64,000 nucleotides of DNA from NCBI GenBank assembly GCA_964016885.1, contig OZ024740.1, positions 222,022,001 to 222,086,000 on the forward strand. The letters are read 5' to 3'. The notes under the pieces are model-generated. The model worked only from the letters and a program-made list of their open reading frames with translations. It ran no database searches and was not told where the DNA came from. A program made the position numbers and the translations under genes. This document shows positions 36,225-50,705 of the stretch, in pieces. Position 1 is the stretch's first letter, and each line of letters begins with the position of its first letter. The DNA is from Eledone cirrhosa (taxonomy: Eukaryota).

Positions 36225-38760
36225 TTCTTCTGGTTTTATAATTTCACAAAGTTTTACCAATAGAGAGAGAGTCGGTTTCTAACATAGACACACGACTCTC
36301 TCATTGGAATTTACACAACATCAACTAGGTAGATATGTATGCATGCATGTGTAGATATGGATGTTATTGTATGTGTGGATGTGTATGTTCTGAGTTGTCT
36401 GTGTGCATGTGTATATGCTTTGTATCTGTACATGTGTATATGCAGTTATTAGATGCAAAAGATTTGGAATGTTTTACATATTTTTACTGTTCCATTAATG
36501 GATTGTACGTGTAGCTTCCTAACTAGTTGTGTTCTTTCTGTTCCTGTGAAGCCTAGCTTCTCAAGATTTGTATTGAGACAGTTACTAACATATCCCATTG
36601 CCCCAATAATCACAGGCATAAATCTGAAGGTGTAATCAGAGTGGAGTATCTGCAGATTTCTCATCAGTTCTGCATAAATATTCTCCTTTTCACTAATCTT
36701 TGATATTATATTGACATCTGCTGGGCAGCTAATTTCCACTACTGTGCATGTTGTCTTCTCCCTGTCACATATCATAATATCTGGTCTGTTATGCCTGCAT
36801 TTTATTGGGGTTTTTACTGGAACATTCCACCAGTACTCTTTCATATTATGTACATGGATGTCTTCCACATTGTTGTAGCTTTTAATGTGTTTATTATCGG
36901 GGCTATCTTTTTTACGAACTGCATTGTACAGTGTTTTGGCCAGTACATCATGCCTCATAGGTAGATAGTACCGCGATGACATCTTTGGACAGCTGATGAT
37001 GACATGGATGATATCCTCACTGTTAGTTCTGCAGAGTCTGCACTTGTTATCACATCTAGGTGTTTTGCCTGCATACCTATCTCTTTTGTGAATCAGGTAT
37101 TTCGTGCTAATCTCCTGTTCTTGGATTGCAAAAGCGTATCCTTCAAAGTGGGAGCCAATATAGCGGTTGTTGGTCCAAGATAGACTACTTTCCTTATCTA
37201 TATTACTCTCACTCTGGAGCTTCCTGGCAACATATCCATGCATGATTTTTTGCTGATAGGCATGCAATTTTTCTTCCATGGATTCACTGCGATACTGCTG
37301 AGCGACTTCCCTGGGTGTGAGTTTTTGATTATCACACAGTGAATATCTCTCAAGGAGTTCCTTCCCAACTCTCATGATCTTATATGTTTCATGCAGATAG
37401 ACTTGCTCGAGAAGCGGGCTCCTACGCTTCGAGGTTCGTATATGTTGTCGGAGAGATATGATGCGTCATTGTTGTTTGAACTGATGTTAGGCCTCTGCCT
37501 CCCTGCTTACGTTTCAAGTAAAGGCGGTCTATCTCACTGTTGATGTGAAAGTTTCCGGTGCTGTTCAGTATTTTTCGAGTTCCAACATCAACTGTTCGGA
37601 TTTCGTCTATCGTCCAATTGAGTATTCCAAACGTTGGTGTTAGGACAGGCACAGCAAACACATTGTGAGCCACTGTTTTGTTTTGCGCAGAGAGTTCCGA
37701 TGACCATATCTTTCTTAATCGGGTGTAATATTCCCTGGTTACGCGTTCTTTATTACAGATACCATCATAGGATATGTTCTCATCTATCCCCAGGTATCTG
37801 AAGCAGTCCTCATCAGTGACACTTATTATTTTGCCCTTCATATCTCTATAGACTGATGTTTGGTTTCGTTTGAATCTTTTATTAAGCATTTTTCTCTCAT
37901 CTACCTTCTTCAGGTATCTGCGTTTTTCGCTAACAGCTCTCAATTCTTGAGTGAGGGTGATCAGCTTATATTGGAGAGTTCTGGTTCTACTGTTACCAAA
38001 CATCGTCTCTATTTTATTTTTCACTCTTTGTTGGTGAGGAGTGAGGTTTTTTTGTGTTTGTTTGCATGTAAGGAACATTGTCACATGTCCTATGTTTTTT
38101 CGTAGGTCAGCACTCTTTTTTTCTATTTTAGTTATATATGATGGTGTTTTTGGTGGTGTTTTGTTCTTGTTAATATCTCTGTTATCACCAAGATAATGCT
38201 TCACTGTCATTGCTAAGGCATATAAACAGGCGTCGATTTGCCAAAATGTTGGGGTTTTTATCCGTCTTCAATATTCATCCCCTATTTCGTCAATAAAACG
38301 TAGTATTTCATTATTTGGTTTTTTATTCAACATTGTCGTTTTAACACGTTCAGCAAGAAAGATATTTATACATGAGTTAATTTCTCTCTGGAAGATTTCG
38401 TTGAGGGAAATTTTCAGTTGTTTATACTTTTGATTATCATTATCGATGGTATTTTCCACAACAGTCGAAGTAGACTCGGATGGTACACGCGGTGTCACAT
38501 TTATTCGATTATTATTATTATCGATAGTGTTTTCCCCAGCATTCGAGGTAGACTTAGATGGTACAGGTGGTGTCAAGTTTCTTACAGGCATAGTTGTTTC
38601 AAGGCGCTGTTCGACCTGGCTGCTAGGAAGTCTAGTAGCATGGCGATCTGTAACACGTGTTGTTGATTCCATGTTTGTTGTGGGATACTTACAATTAATA
38701 ATATTTATATTATTTTTACGTTCAACAAACGTCGCTTGTTGACGTAAATGTTTCGCTGTG
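36225..38760 (-). mobile_element. R4/Dong-clade RLE retrotransposon with RT core deleted
   Basis: N-terminal region joins directly to FRYLGIDE (end of RT) at ~37815; GGRGL; CRLC...HVIISC, RHD, HNRPDIMICDR...VEISCPAD...EKENIY...PVIIGAMG; 3'UTR hairpin at 36257-36307. Confidence 0.88.
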
Positions 38761-38826
38761 AAATAATTTAGCTCTGGTACATTTCGTCCCAGTGTAGCTT
38801 CATTCTATTCATATAGCCAATGTATG

Positions 38827-38965
<139 letters not shown>

Positions 38966-39018
38966 GGAAAAAATGAAACGAAATTTCATTTCCCACTCTT
39001 AGTACGGCTGCTACTTAA

Positions 39019-39426
39019 ATATAAGTATGTAGACGTACATACATATATGTATACAGACGTACAGTAGTATGTATATACATGCACATATATATATATGTAC
39101 GTATGGATTCACCGAACACTCCTTATAATGCTCAGTGTGTTTGTAAGTATATACGTTCAACAATCTGGCAGGAAGGTATACGTTGCTGATATAGCTAATA
39201 AGCTTGAAACTAGTACAGCGTTCATTTGTCAGTGTTGAACAGTCGAGCAACGATGGTTGCTGGTCACTACGGCTTAATACGGGTTGTTTGTTTACAAACA
39301 CACTGAGCATTATAATGAGTGTTCGGTGAATCCATACGTACATATATATATATGTGTGCATGTATGTATATATATATATACATACTACTGTACGTCTATA
39401 TACATATATGTATGTACGTGTACATA

Positions 39427-39432
<6 letters not shown>
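39019..39432. repeat. Foldback/MITE-like: ~130-bp inverted arms
   Basis: 39019-39146 is the reverse complement of 39292-39432 (e.g. GGATTCACCGAACACTC.TTATAATGCTCAGTGTGTTTGTAA). Confidence 0.9.
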
Positions 39433-39481
<49 letters not shown>

Positions 39482-39483
<2 letters not shown>

Positions 39484-39775
39484 GTTTGAATATGTATAAT
39501 AAAGCCAAAATAATGCAGGTATGGACATAGAAAAAAGAATGCAATTGCAAAAGATATTGTTGACAATTCGTCTTTTACCTTAGATTTATTTAAATGTCCT
39601 TAATTTTCGAGATAATATCTCTTCTTCAGAGGGAAATAAAGGTCTCAAACCAGCGTTCTAAATATCTTGCCAAGCCATGCTGACAGAAGGTAAAAGACAA
39701 TATCTTTTGCAATTGCATTCTTTTTTCTATGTCCATACCTGCATTGTTTTGGCTTTATTATACATATTCAAACGT
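39482..39775. repeat. Foldback with 79-bp inverted arms enclosing a hammerhead
   Basis: 39482-39560 is the near-perfect reverse complement of 39697-39775. Confidence 0.9.
39598..39632 (-). ncRNA. Minimal type I hammerhead ribozyme
   Basis: Reverse complement CCU-CUGAAGA-A-GAGAU-AUU-AUCUC-GAAA-AUUA-AGG; palindromic AAUU in place of stem III. Confidence 0.75.
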
Positions 39776-39879
39776 GTATACCTCATTACACAATGCTTCA
39801 AGTGAACTATCACCTCCTCCTTATATATATATATATATATATATACATATTCAATTATTACGACGAAATAGTGAGTGTT

Positions 39880-40030
39880 ATCACGCTGGTGTTTCTCCTG
39901 TGCAAACTGACGATCCTGTGTTTGATTTCCATGCCTGGCATCTTGAGCAAGTGTCGTGCATCATACGTTCTACACGACCCATACCTTGCAAGTAAAATCG
40001 GGTAGACGGAAACAGTTCGGAAGGCTATTG
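39880..40030 (+). mobile_element. Old tRNA/CORE-type SINE (degenerate)
   Basis: TTGAGCAAGTGTC...ACCTTGCAAGT...GGTAGACGGAAAC; related decayed copies at ~19960-20045(-), 41750-41870(-), 53625-53765(+). Confidence 0.5.
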
Positions 40031-41213
40031 GATGGATTTCACTTGTATTTCAAAGAGTCAGCCGTATCCCACAATGTGTTGCTCTGAATCTCCCTGAGAA
40101 TTACATTAAGTGTACATGTGTTTGTAGAATACCTAGCCAGTAACCATTAATTTCAGCAGGTTGTTCTGTTGATTTTACAACTGAAACTCTCATTGTAACA
40201 AAACGACTGAATGCAATTAATCGAATTGCATGTACAGCCTTTCCTTTCGAATGGGAAGAGAGAACATTGAAACTAGACTTATGGACTAAATACGTTGAAC
40301 TCCTTAAATATTAATTAATTGTATTTCACTATCGAGAGAAGCATTTCGGAATTGATTCGTCATCAGTTTAGCGTTGCGTGCATCTGGATAATAATTTCAC
40401 TTATATATGTGAATATTTGATTATGATTAATAAATCAATAGAGGACTCACATAAAATATACCTTAATTATTATATCGATTATTTATAAAACAGATATGGG
40501 ATAAAAGAAAGAATATATTAGTTAGCTATCCCTTGATATATTAAAATGAAATCGTAAAATATCTCATCGAGATACAGCCTAAATTTCTCTATACGATATT
40601 ATTGTCGACAAATAACTCAGCTTAGAATTATTTTGCGCATCGTATTATAGTTTATTACTTTCCTGCCTAAATCATTAAGACGACTGTTGTAACAGTGTGC
40701 AAAATTATCTCTTTTAACGATATGTTATTAGAATCAATTGTATTTATATCAGTGCTTTCTCAGATATATTTCAAATGTTACACTTGATGTTCTGCATCAT
40801 CATTTTATAACTACCTATGTATGTAGTTGTCGAAACTTGTATTCTGAAACAATTAACGAGTAGCAAACGGAATATTCGTCAAATCTTTCATGTTAAGATA
40901 TAATAATACTATACTTTTATTGGTTTAGTTATATCTGTCATTGGGCAGCAAATATGATGTGATATTGCTTTCAATGGTTATAGACAATCGTAGTGATAAC
41001 AGAACTTATTTCAGTCAGAGACACATTTCATCGATCTCTATTTGTCGAATCAATACGTAACGGGAATAAACTGGGAAAACATCAACACCATACATGCGGG
41101 GACACACACACGTGTTGCATTTCTGTCTGTCAGTCTCTCTGTATTTCTTTCTCTTTCTATATATATATGTGTGTGTCTGTGTATGAATTATATACGCAAG
41201 TTTATATATATAT

Positions 41214-41218
<5 letters not shown>

Positions 41219-41262
<44 letters not shown>

Positions 41263-41276
41263 GAGAGAGAGAGAGC

Positions 41277-41357
<81 letters not shown>

Positions 41358-41433
41358 GGAGATAGATAGAGAGAGAGGGGGAGAGAGAGAGAGAGAGAGA
41401 GGGAGAGAGAGCGATAGAGAGCGATAGAGAGAG
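41219..41433. repeat. (GA)n microsatellite
   Basis: ~210 bp GA tract. Confidence 0.95.
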
Positions 41434-41527
41434 ATTCCTGATTTAAGTCGGTGGGTAGCTGCAGTTCAAAAGGTATTAAATCATTGCTAAAGTTTGGTAC
41501 TAGTAGAAGTCATTTATATACAGTATG

Positions 41528-41589
<62 letters not shown>

Positions 41590-41612
41590 AATATATATAT
41601 ATATACATAAAT

Positions 41613-41750
<138 letters not shown>

Positions 41751-43639
41751 CGAGGGTTTTTGCACAGTTTCCGTCTACCATATTCTGCTAACAAAATATT
41801 GATCAACTCTAAGCTATGGTTGAAGTCATGTAGTGCTGGTGTCAAATTGAACCCTGCCGCCATGCTTGCACGAATCAGTAATTGTTGTTTTTGAGCTTCA
41901 TAACCTTATTAACCCTGATTGAACAGGTTCATGTGTTAATACATTCCAGCCATCAACATCTTATTCTTCTCTGGTACAGCGTGCATTCAACTACATTATA
42001 TAAGATATAAGCCTATGTTTTAAAATGGTTGTTAATTATTTGAGTTAGAATTTAGCTTATATTTCTCGCAAGTTGACTGAGCACGTTGGCCCTCTCTTGT
42101 CAGATCGTTAAATGATCAGAATTAAGAGAACAAACAGTTTGGTTAAATGTAGTTCAGTGTTTCATTCTTTTCTTTCTTCTACATACTGGATTGAAATTCA
42201 AATACATTTGTCTTTGCTACCCCCTCTTCAGGACCAATACTTTAAATAAACGTACTGTACAAGAGTTAATGCAATTATATCAGTACAGTATAGAAGCTTG
42301 AGAAAATATATTGATTGGTGGCAATATGATTATACGATTGGACTTCTCATAAAAATTTATTGTTCATCTTTTTGTTGAAACTATCTTATTAAAACTATAA
42401 AAGAGGACACCAAACAAAAATGCTGAGAAACGAAAAAGTTAGATTTGCACTATAAAAACACATTAAAAAATCCAAGACAATTTCAACTGAACCCAAATGA
42501 GGATATCAAAAAAGAAACTTTATAAAAATTCATTATAAAAAAGAAACACTTGTAAGGTAATATTTCACTTGAGCTAGTAAATGGTTTTGGTTTTGGCAGT
42601 TATATTAAGTATAGGCAATTATATGTCGGTCATCTGAACATACTTTTAGTAACAATCATATTTCTGTTGAAAGTAGGAAAAAATCATCAGAAATTATAAA
42701 ACATAATTTTAAATGGAAAGAACAAGTTCTTAAAATGAGTGTTGCACTGACAGCAAGAGGATGTGGAAGAATCGGAAATACAATAATTGAAGTCAATGAA
42801 AAGCAAACGTGAAGTTCCATAACAGCATCAAAGTGTCTTCATTTCCAGAATATTAGGCTATTTTTGAAACTAACTGAAGAATCCAATAGAGCGTATATTT
42901 TACTAACTGTCAACTTGATGATCGAACATTTTCTGATAGATCAGTACTTATAGGAGAAAAAATGGAAGCTGTTAAATGTTGATATAAATTAATGGAAGAA
43001 ATGAAATTGGGTGTTAAAAGGAAATGTAGAGTATTGTCAGTTTCTGAAATATTGAGAGAATATAATTTTGCTATAGAGAATTATATTTCTTGAAATGAAA
43101 GATCAGTATTAATAGCTACAACAACAGAAATATTAACTATGGCAACTACAAAAGTTTTTAATGTTATGTAATTGTGCATAAAAAACAAACAAGTCATAAA
43201 AGTGCTTCTGGAAATGTATTCTTGGCCTAGGACAACGTTCCCTAAATTTTTCTGGACTACCATCCCCTTTTTATAAAATATATTTCTTCAACTCTCCTTC
43301 TCTGTACAATTGAAAAGTAAATGTCAATATATAAAAACAGAGTTTTTAGCATTTATTCAATACATAAAGGCAACAGTTTTATGAGCAACTATATTTTTAC
43401 ATCCAACACCCTTTTGCTCTCTCGCCACAGACGTTCAACGATAAACCAAACATTTTCTTACTTTTCTGTGCACCTCTTAAGGCTACTAGTGCCCTCAACC
43501 TCAGGGTTTGGGAGTACCCGCTTGGAGATTTCCTTGTCTACGACATGGCAATTCTCAGAATAACTCTGTGTTAATGAGTTAATATGTTATGGTGAATTCA
43601 TAAAGTATATATAAGTTAAAACTTATTAGCTGCCCTGAA

Positions 43640-45630
43640 ATCTTGCTCAGGGAGATGCGAACAGGCCACCTCAGAGACCTTATCTCGCCAAACGCTGCAG
43701 AGGCAGGAGCATATCGGCTCCAGTCAATCACAGCTATCAACAACTGTCTTCCCGGCGCCAACCGTACCTTCTACGCCCACCATTCTTTTCTTCTCAGCCA
43801 GTCTGACCGCCGTGAGGATGAATGATGGAGGCATCCGTCCCGTCGCAGTGGGCAACCTCTTCCAACGACTTGCAACGAATATAGCTTGGAAGTCAATCAA
43901 AGATGACATGAGTCTGGCGCTAAGAACTGCCCAGACACTTTATAGAGCACATACCTTCTTCGTCACCCCACCTCCTACTGAAGTTAGATATGAGAAACGC
44001 TTTCAACACTTAGAGACGTGTCTTAGATGGGCCCCTTCTATAAGTACTCTTGTTCAACTCTCATACAGAACAACCAGCATACACAAGGTCCCTGGCAACA
44101 AGGTAACTTTCACTACGGGTGTCGAGGAAGGCGACCCAATCAGCCGCCCTCTCTTTGCGCTGGCAGTTGACGACGTTGCCCGCACATCATCGGGTAGCTG
44201 GACAATGCGACCCTGGGTGGCTCAGATGAGTCGGTAGTTGAGGACCTTCAACAAATCATCCCAGCTCTAAAGATCCTCGAAGTCGAGATCAACCCATACA
44301 AGTCTGAAGTGATAGACACTGGCTACGGTGAAGCCGAATTCCATACACAGCTCCATCCCATCCTTCCTGGGGTTCGTTTCTTACGCCTTCATTTTCAGCT
44401 CTCCAATTTTCTCGAACGCCATACGGGAGTGCTTGGAGACAAAGAAGGCAGACATGTTGATGATGACCGAGAGGTTGTACCTCATTGGTGTGCAGCCTGT
44501 TCACTTCTCCTGAGCAATTGCATCACCCTTCCTAAACCTTTGTTCACGTTGCGCGGGTGTCTTGTCACTCTCTCACAGATCACCTCGGTGAACTCGATTC
44601 TACCATCCGGCGCTGTGCTGAACTCATCTACAATGTCAGTTTTGACAGCAACGGCTGGCAACAGGCGAAGTTCCCTGGGATATTCGGTGGCCTCGGCCTC
44701 CGATCCGCATCAGATCTGACACTATCACCCCATCTCTCCTCAATCTCCGCCAGTCACACCCTCATCAGTGAGATATTCGCCAAGGTGTGACCCAAGGACT
44801 GGAGCGAGCTCTGGCCGATGGACGAGCAAAGGTCGCTCAGTCCCCTACTATACAAATGTCCAACGTAACCGTGACGAAATCAAGGTCTAATTGCTGGCAG
44901 ATCAAGTCTGGCTTGAACCAGCACCACCTCGCCTGCCTTCGTTCCACCTCGCAGCCCCAAAGCCACACCTGGTTCAATTCGGTGCTCTCTTCATCAATAG
45001 GTACCTTTCCTGATGGTGAGTGCACTCACATTAGAGTAGCCCAACGCCTTGACCTCCGCTTGTATGAGCCACATAAATGCTGTTGTGGGGCTGTCGTCAA
45101 TGAGTTTGGCCTACACCCATTATCATGCCACCAGAGCATAGGCCGATTCCCCCAAAACGCCTCAATGTCATAATGATTAGGAACATCGATTCAGTCGGCT
45201 CCCCATCACCACCGGAGGTAGTACGCCTTGATCGTGATGTCGGCAATCGCCCTGGCTAATTACCCCTTTCCCTTTTGGAGGAGGGAAATCCCTCATCTCA
45301 GACTCCACACGTGACACTTTTTCCGCCTCCAGCTTAGTCGACTCAACTGCAAATGCCGGCACCACGGCTCGCAATTGAGAGGATAGGTGGACAAGCAAAT
45401 ACTTGATATCCGGCCGCTTCCTCTTTGTACTGGTCGGAGTCGAGACCTCAGGCGTCCTAGGAACCAGGACATTTGACAACCTTCGTGAAACAGGATCGAT
45501 AGCTGTCCGTCTGGGGAAGGAGCCGCGTCAGGTGGAGTGGTTGTTCCAGCATGAGTCGCTGGCCATTGTCAGCGGAAATGCCGTCGCCATATTGTGCGCG
45601 GGGCGCAGCCGAAAAACCGCTCTGGCCTAA
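43640..45630 (+). mobile_element. Second CRE-clade element, heavily decayed
   Basis: MRTGHLRDL; DGGIRPVAVGNLFQRLA; TGVEEGDPISRPLFALAV; FGGLGLRSASDL; HKCCCGAVVNEFGLHPLSC; FPFGGGKSLISD; VETSGVLG; WLFQHESLAIVSGNA. Confidence 0.88.
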
Positions 45631-45802
45631 GTTTAGAATCAGGCACCCTCAGCCCTTCTTTCTTTTTTTACTTTTTGTCTAGCTGTCCTTGCTCTTCCCC
45701 TTCTTTTCCTCTCATCTATGACAATTTAGTTCTTTCCATTGCTGCTTTCTTTTTCAGTATGTTTATATAACTCTAATACGAAATAAAAATGTTGAGGTAA
45801 AT

Positions 45803-46148
<346 letters not shown>

Positions 46149-46182
46149 CAACACACATACACCCCATCCCCACACACACACT

Positions 46183-46214
<32 letters not shown>

Positions 46215-47537
46215 ATTTACCTCTCTCTCTCTCTCTCTCAATATATATATATATATATATATTAATATCCTGCAGTTATTAAATAAATAGTTCCTTATTT
46301 GGAATTCTCTTTGAGTCAATATATCGACATTATCAGTTTTACTATTTTGTATAAACAAAATAAGCTTTATACTTATGTTATTAACCAATGAACTTTCAAT
46401 ACACAGTATTTTCAAAATATACCAGCAACACTCACTCCAATATAAAACAACTGATTATCGATTTATATTCTTTCTGTATTACTAATTCATAATTTAGGCT
46501 CAAAAGCATAATTGATCCTTACAAAATTTGAACGCATAATATATAGTGATTGAAAAGTACATAGTCAAATATATCCATACACTCTACCATTATACTAATT
46601 CGGCCTCCATGATGTTTATAATTAATAATATTTTTATTAGCCCCAGGTGAGACACAAAAATATAATTAATAATTTGTATTGAATATCGTTTAAATATACT
46701 AATACAATCGCACTTCCTTCTATCAGTGACATAGTTCTATTGACTTCGAGTTTGACATTTATTCAATTGTTAGCTGGCACTAGAATATAAATACTAATAT
46801 TTTAATCAATAAGAGTAAATGATATTTAGACTAAACATTCATAAAATACTTATTTATTAAAGAAAGAATATTATCTAGAAACAATTGATAAAATTAGTCG
46901 CAGAGGAATTTCATTCTGTAACCCGCAAAAGTTGTTAAGTCACATATAGGATTATCAGGACTATTATCTTTTAAGTATTTGAAATATCAAAGGTTGTAGA
47001 CTCTTTATTATTGGGATTGTTACAGTTAATATTTTGTATTTAGAGTTTATTAGTCGATATAAGTACAAAACGAGATAATAAAACCATAACAAAAAAAAAA
47101 AAAAACAGGAGAGCAAAGGTCTTCTACACTGTTTTCTATACTTCAGAAAGAAAGCAAAAGATGAATTTTCAGGATGATGCAAAGATTTCGGCAGATAAGA
47201 GTATTGTTAGCTTGTACGGTATAACAAGTTAAACGTGCCCAACGTTGCACAAATTAGTAAATATTTGGAAATTGTTCAAGACTAATTCTTTTTTAAAGTA
47301 GATGAGGCTTAATTCATGATGGACTGAAAAAATACCATAACATTTATAGACATTAAAAGGTATGTAAATTTTTATTTAGCGTAACATCATTGAAAACCGA
47401 TTGTATCTTTTATATGGAAAGGCTTATTTCTTCAAACCAGAGATATACTTTTTAGGGAATGGAGTTCAGAACAAGTAAATGAGAAGCATTCTTCAAATAA
47501 AGAGCTGCTTTTGAGGATGTATAAAAATTGAAACGCT

Positions 47538-47594
<57 letters not shown>

Positions 47595-49099
47595 CCTCTC
47601 TCTCTCTCTCTCTCTCTCTCTCACATACACGCACACATACAAATACACATACATACACACAAATAAAAACTATACATACATTGTGATCGATTATATATAC
47701 TGAAGTACACATACAAGTGTTTATGAAACCTACAATTTATAGAACTTAGAATGAGCTATGCAGTGGATTTCTCAATCAGTGGTCGAACAGCGGTATTCAT
47801 TAGATGATTTAGTGAATCTAATATGTTAGCCTACATCCATAAATTGCACTAGAGCTGTCGATTGTTGTATCTACTGCAATAATGGAAAATTGAGATTATT
47901 AGATTTATAAAAGGTAACTTGGTAGTAACCCTCGAAGCCAGAATTATCGCCATTCATAACATCCGGACGATACAAGTTGGAATCTAATAAGGATATTGAA
48001 AAAAAAAATCAAACAGGAAATGCTATGCGATGTTTCCGAAACAAATTTTCCATACAAAGTGGTTCGTTTATTACAAATTGCTATGTGCAACCCAGCCAAT
48101 ATCAACGTTAGTCAGTTAAAGAGGCTTCTTAATCATTTTATTATGTTGCATTGAAGCATGATCTGTATTTTGAAGTTTACAGTGTCTACGACTAGAAATA
48201 CATTTTCACAGAAATAGAACGCAATAGTTGAAGTTTAATTGTTCCAGCTTCGGAAGAAATTAATATTGTGTCAAAATGATTTCCTCGTTATTTTGAAAGA
48301 AAATTTTAAGAAATTGGTTTATTATACAGGTCAGCTCTGTCTTTCGATGAGTACCAGTCTATGGCCAGTTTATGACATTGTTATGTCGAAGGAATGATTT
48401 GGAATATCTGGTCCATCTCTACGCTTTCTGAGATCAAATCTCATCTTTTCTTCTAGGGATGCATATAGAATCAGCAATAGAAGTACCATGGAAAACATAA
48501 TCATTTCCCTTGGCCTAATAGAGCAATCGGCCTTTTATTTCGTTTTTTTTTCAACAGCCGCAAAATGTATCTAAATATAATAGTATTTTGACACAATTGA
48601 TGTTCCTAGTAGCTTAATATATAAAAATAATACTAGAATTTGATTAATGATGCCATGTCTGACGTATGTGCCATATCACCTGTGGAATAAGCTCAAAGAT
48701 TCCAAATAATAAATCCCAGCATTTATTAACATTAAATTAAAAGTCGAATGACATATATATATATCAAATAAACACATCAAATAATTACAGGGAATAATTT
48801 GTAAAGAGTGTAAACACACATAGTTAAGGAGGTAACATATTAAAAATTAACAAGAACCTCGAATATAGATACTTTGCAATAATGATTAATCTCCTTTGTA
48901 TATTTTCTATTGAAGAAGTATATTTCACCATTAATCGGTGAATAATGCTGCATTAAAAAGACGAACAAAAGAAAATTTTTGTAGCGTGCTACAATTATTA
49001 AGAGAAAAGGACTGCAATTATAAAGTCAGCTGAAAATATCCTCGCTTCCTTTTTCTCCTGTTGCTCCGCCTCACCCTACTCCTCCTCCTCAGCATCATC

Positions 49100-50705
49100 G
49101 TCATCAACAATATTACTATCATCCAGTAACTGGCGTAGCCATTTGTAGGGTACCAAACCAAATCTCCCGACCGTCAACAGTCGCCTGTCCAAACTTGTTC
49201 ACTCCTTCATGCTGTCAGACCAGAATTTTTTTCTTGTCTGTTTCCTCCTTGCCCTCTTACACCTGTGCCATAGATTATGGTGCTTGACAGATGTCCTCTC
49301 TCACCTGTGCCATGGAGTATGGTGTTTGACAGATGCCCTCACTCCTCTGTGCCATGGAGTATGATGTTTGACAGATTTCCTCACTCCCTTATGCCATGGA
49401 GTATGGTGTTTGACAGGTGTCCTCATTCACTTATGCCATGGAGTATGGTGTTTGACAGATGCCCTCACTCCTCTGTGCCATGGAGTATGGTGTTTGACAG
49501 ATGCCCTCACTCCTCTGTGCCATGGAGTATGATGTTTGACAGATTTCCTCACTCACTTATGCCATGGAGTATGGTGTTTGACAGGTGTCCTCATTCACTT
49601 ATGCCATGGAGTATGGTGTTTGACAGATGCCCTCACTCCTCTGTGCCATGGAGTATGATGTTTGACAGATTTCCTCACTCACTTATGCCATGGAGTATGG
49701 TGTTTGACAGATGCCCTCACTCCTCTGTGCAATGGGATATTGTGTTTGACAGATGCCCTCACTCACCTGTGCCATGGGGTATGGTGTTTGACAGATGCCC
49801 TCACTCCTCTGTGCAATGGGATATTGTGTTTGACAGATGCCCTCACTCACCTATGCCATGGGGTATGGTGTTTGACAGATGCCCTCACTCCTCTGTGCAA
49901 TGGGATATTGTGTTTGACAGATGCCCTCACTCACCTGTGCCATGGGGTATGGTGTTTGACAGATGCCCTCACTCCTCTGTGCCATGGGATATTGAGTTTG
50001 GCATATGCCCTCACTCACCTATGCCATGGGGTATGGTGTTTAACAGATGCCCTCACTCCTCTGTGCCATGGGATATTGAGTTTGGCATATGCCCTCACTC
50101 ACCTATGCCATGGGCTATGGCGTTTAACAGATGCCCTCACTCACTTATGCCATGGAGTATGGTGTTTGACAGATGCCCTCACTCCTCTGTGCAATGGGAT
50201 ATTGTGTTTGACAGATGCCCTCACTCACCTGTGCCATGGGGTATGGTGTTTGACAGATGCCCTCACTCCTCTGTGCAATGGGATATTGTGTTTGACAGAT
50301 GCCCTCACTCACCTATGCCATGGGGTATGGTGTTTGACAGATGCCCTCACTCCTCTGTGCAATGGGATATTGTGTTTGACAGATGCCCTCACTCACCTGT
50401 GCCATGGGGTATGGTGTTTGACAGATGCCCTCACTCCTCTGTGCCATGGGATATTGAGTTTGGCATATGCCCTCACTCACCTATGCCATGGGGTATGGTG
50501 TTTAACAGATGCCCTCACTCCTCTGTGCCATGGGATATTGAGTTTGGCATATGCCCTCACTCACCTATGCCATGGGCTATGGCGTTTAACAGATGCCCTC
50601 ACTCACCTATACCTTGGAGTATGGTGTTTGACAGATGCCCTCGTTCACCTGCGCCATGGCTCATAGTGTTTGATAGAGAGTCAAGGCGGGATACAACTTG
50701 TACCA
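49100..50705 (-). mobile_element. RTE-clade 3' fragment hosting the 42-bp minisatellite
   Basis: Minus strand reads SRLDSLSNTMSHG at the right flank and LSSTIIYGT...GNRQEKKFWSDSMKE at the left flank, matching the RTE C-terminal pattern (RxDSLSKTILxGT...GRQxKxWxDxIKE). Confidence 0.65.
49262..50675. repeat. 42-bp minisatellite (~33 units) with 84-bp and 462-bp higher-order structure
   Basis: Unit CCATGGAGTATGGTGTTTGACAGATGCCCTCACTCCTCTGTG; the 11-unit block 49688-50149 is duplicated at 50150-50611. Confidence 0.97.

Noticed and set aside
42660-43090. Purine-rich stretch that looked like a coding exon or transposase remnant
   Set aside because: Interrupted by stops and no recognisable motif.
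46400-49050. Possible host exons (GT donor-like sites near 47359 and 47913)
   Set aside because: No supportable open exon with a recognisable product; small exons cannot be excluded without transcript data.
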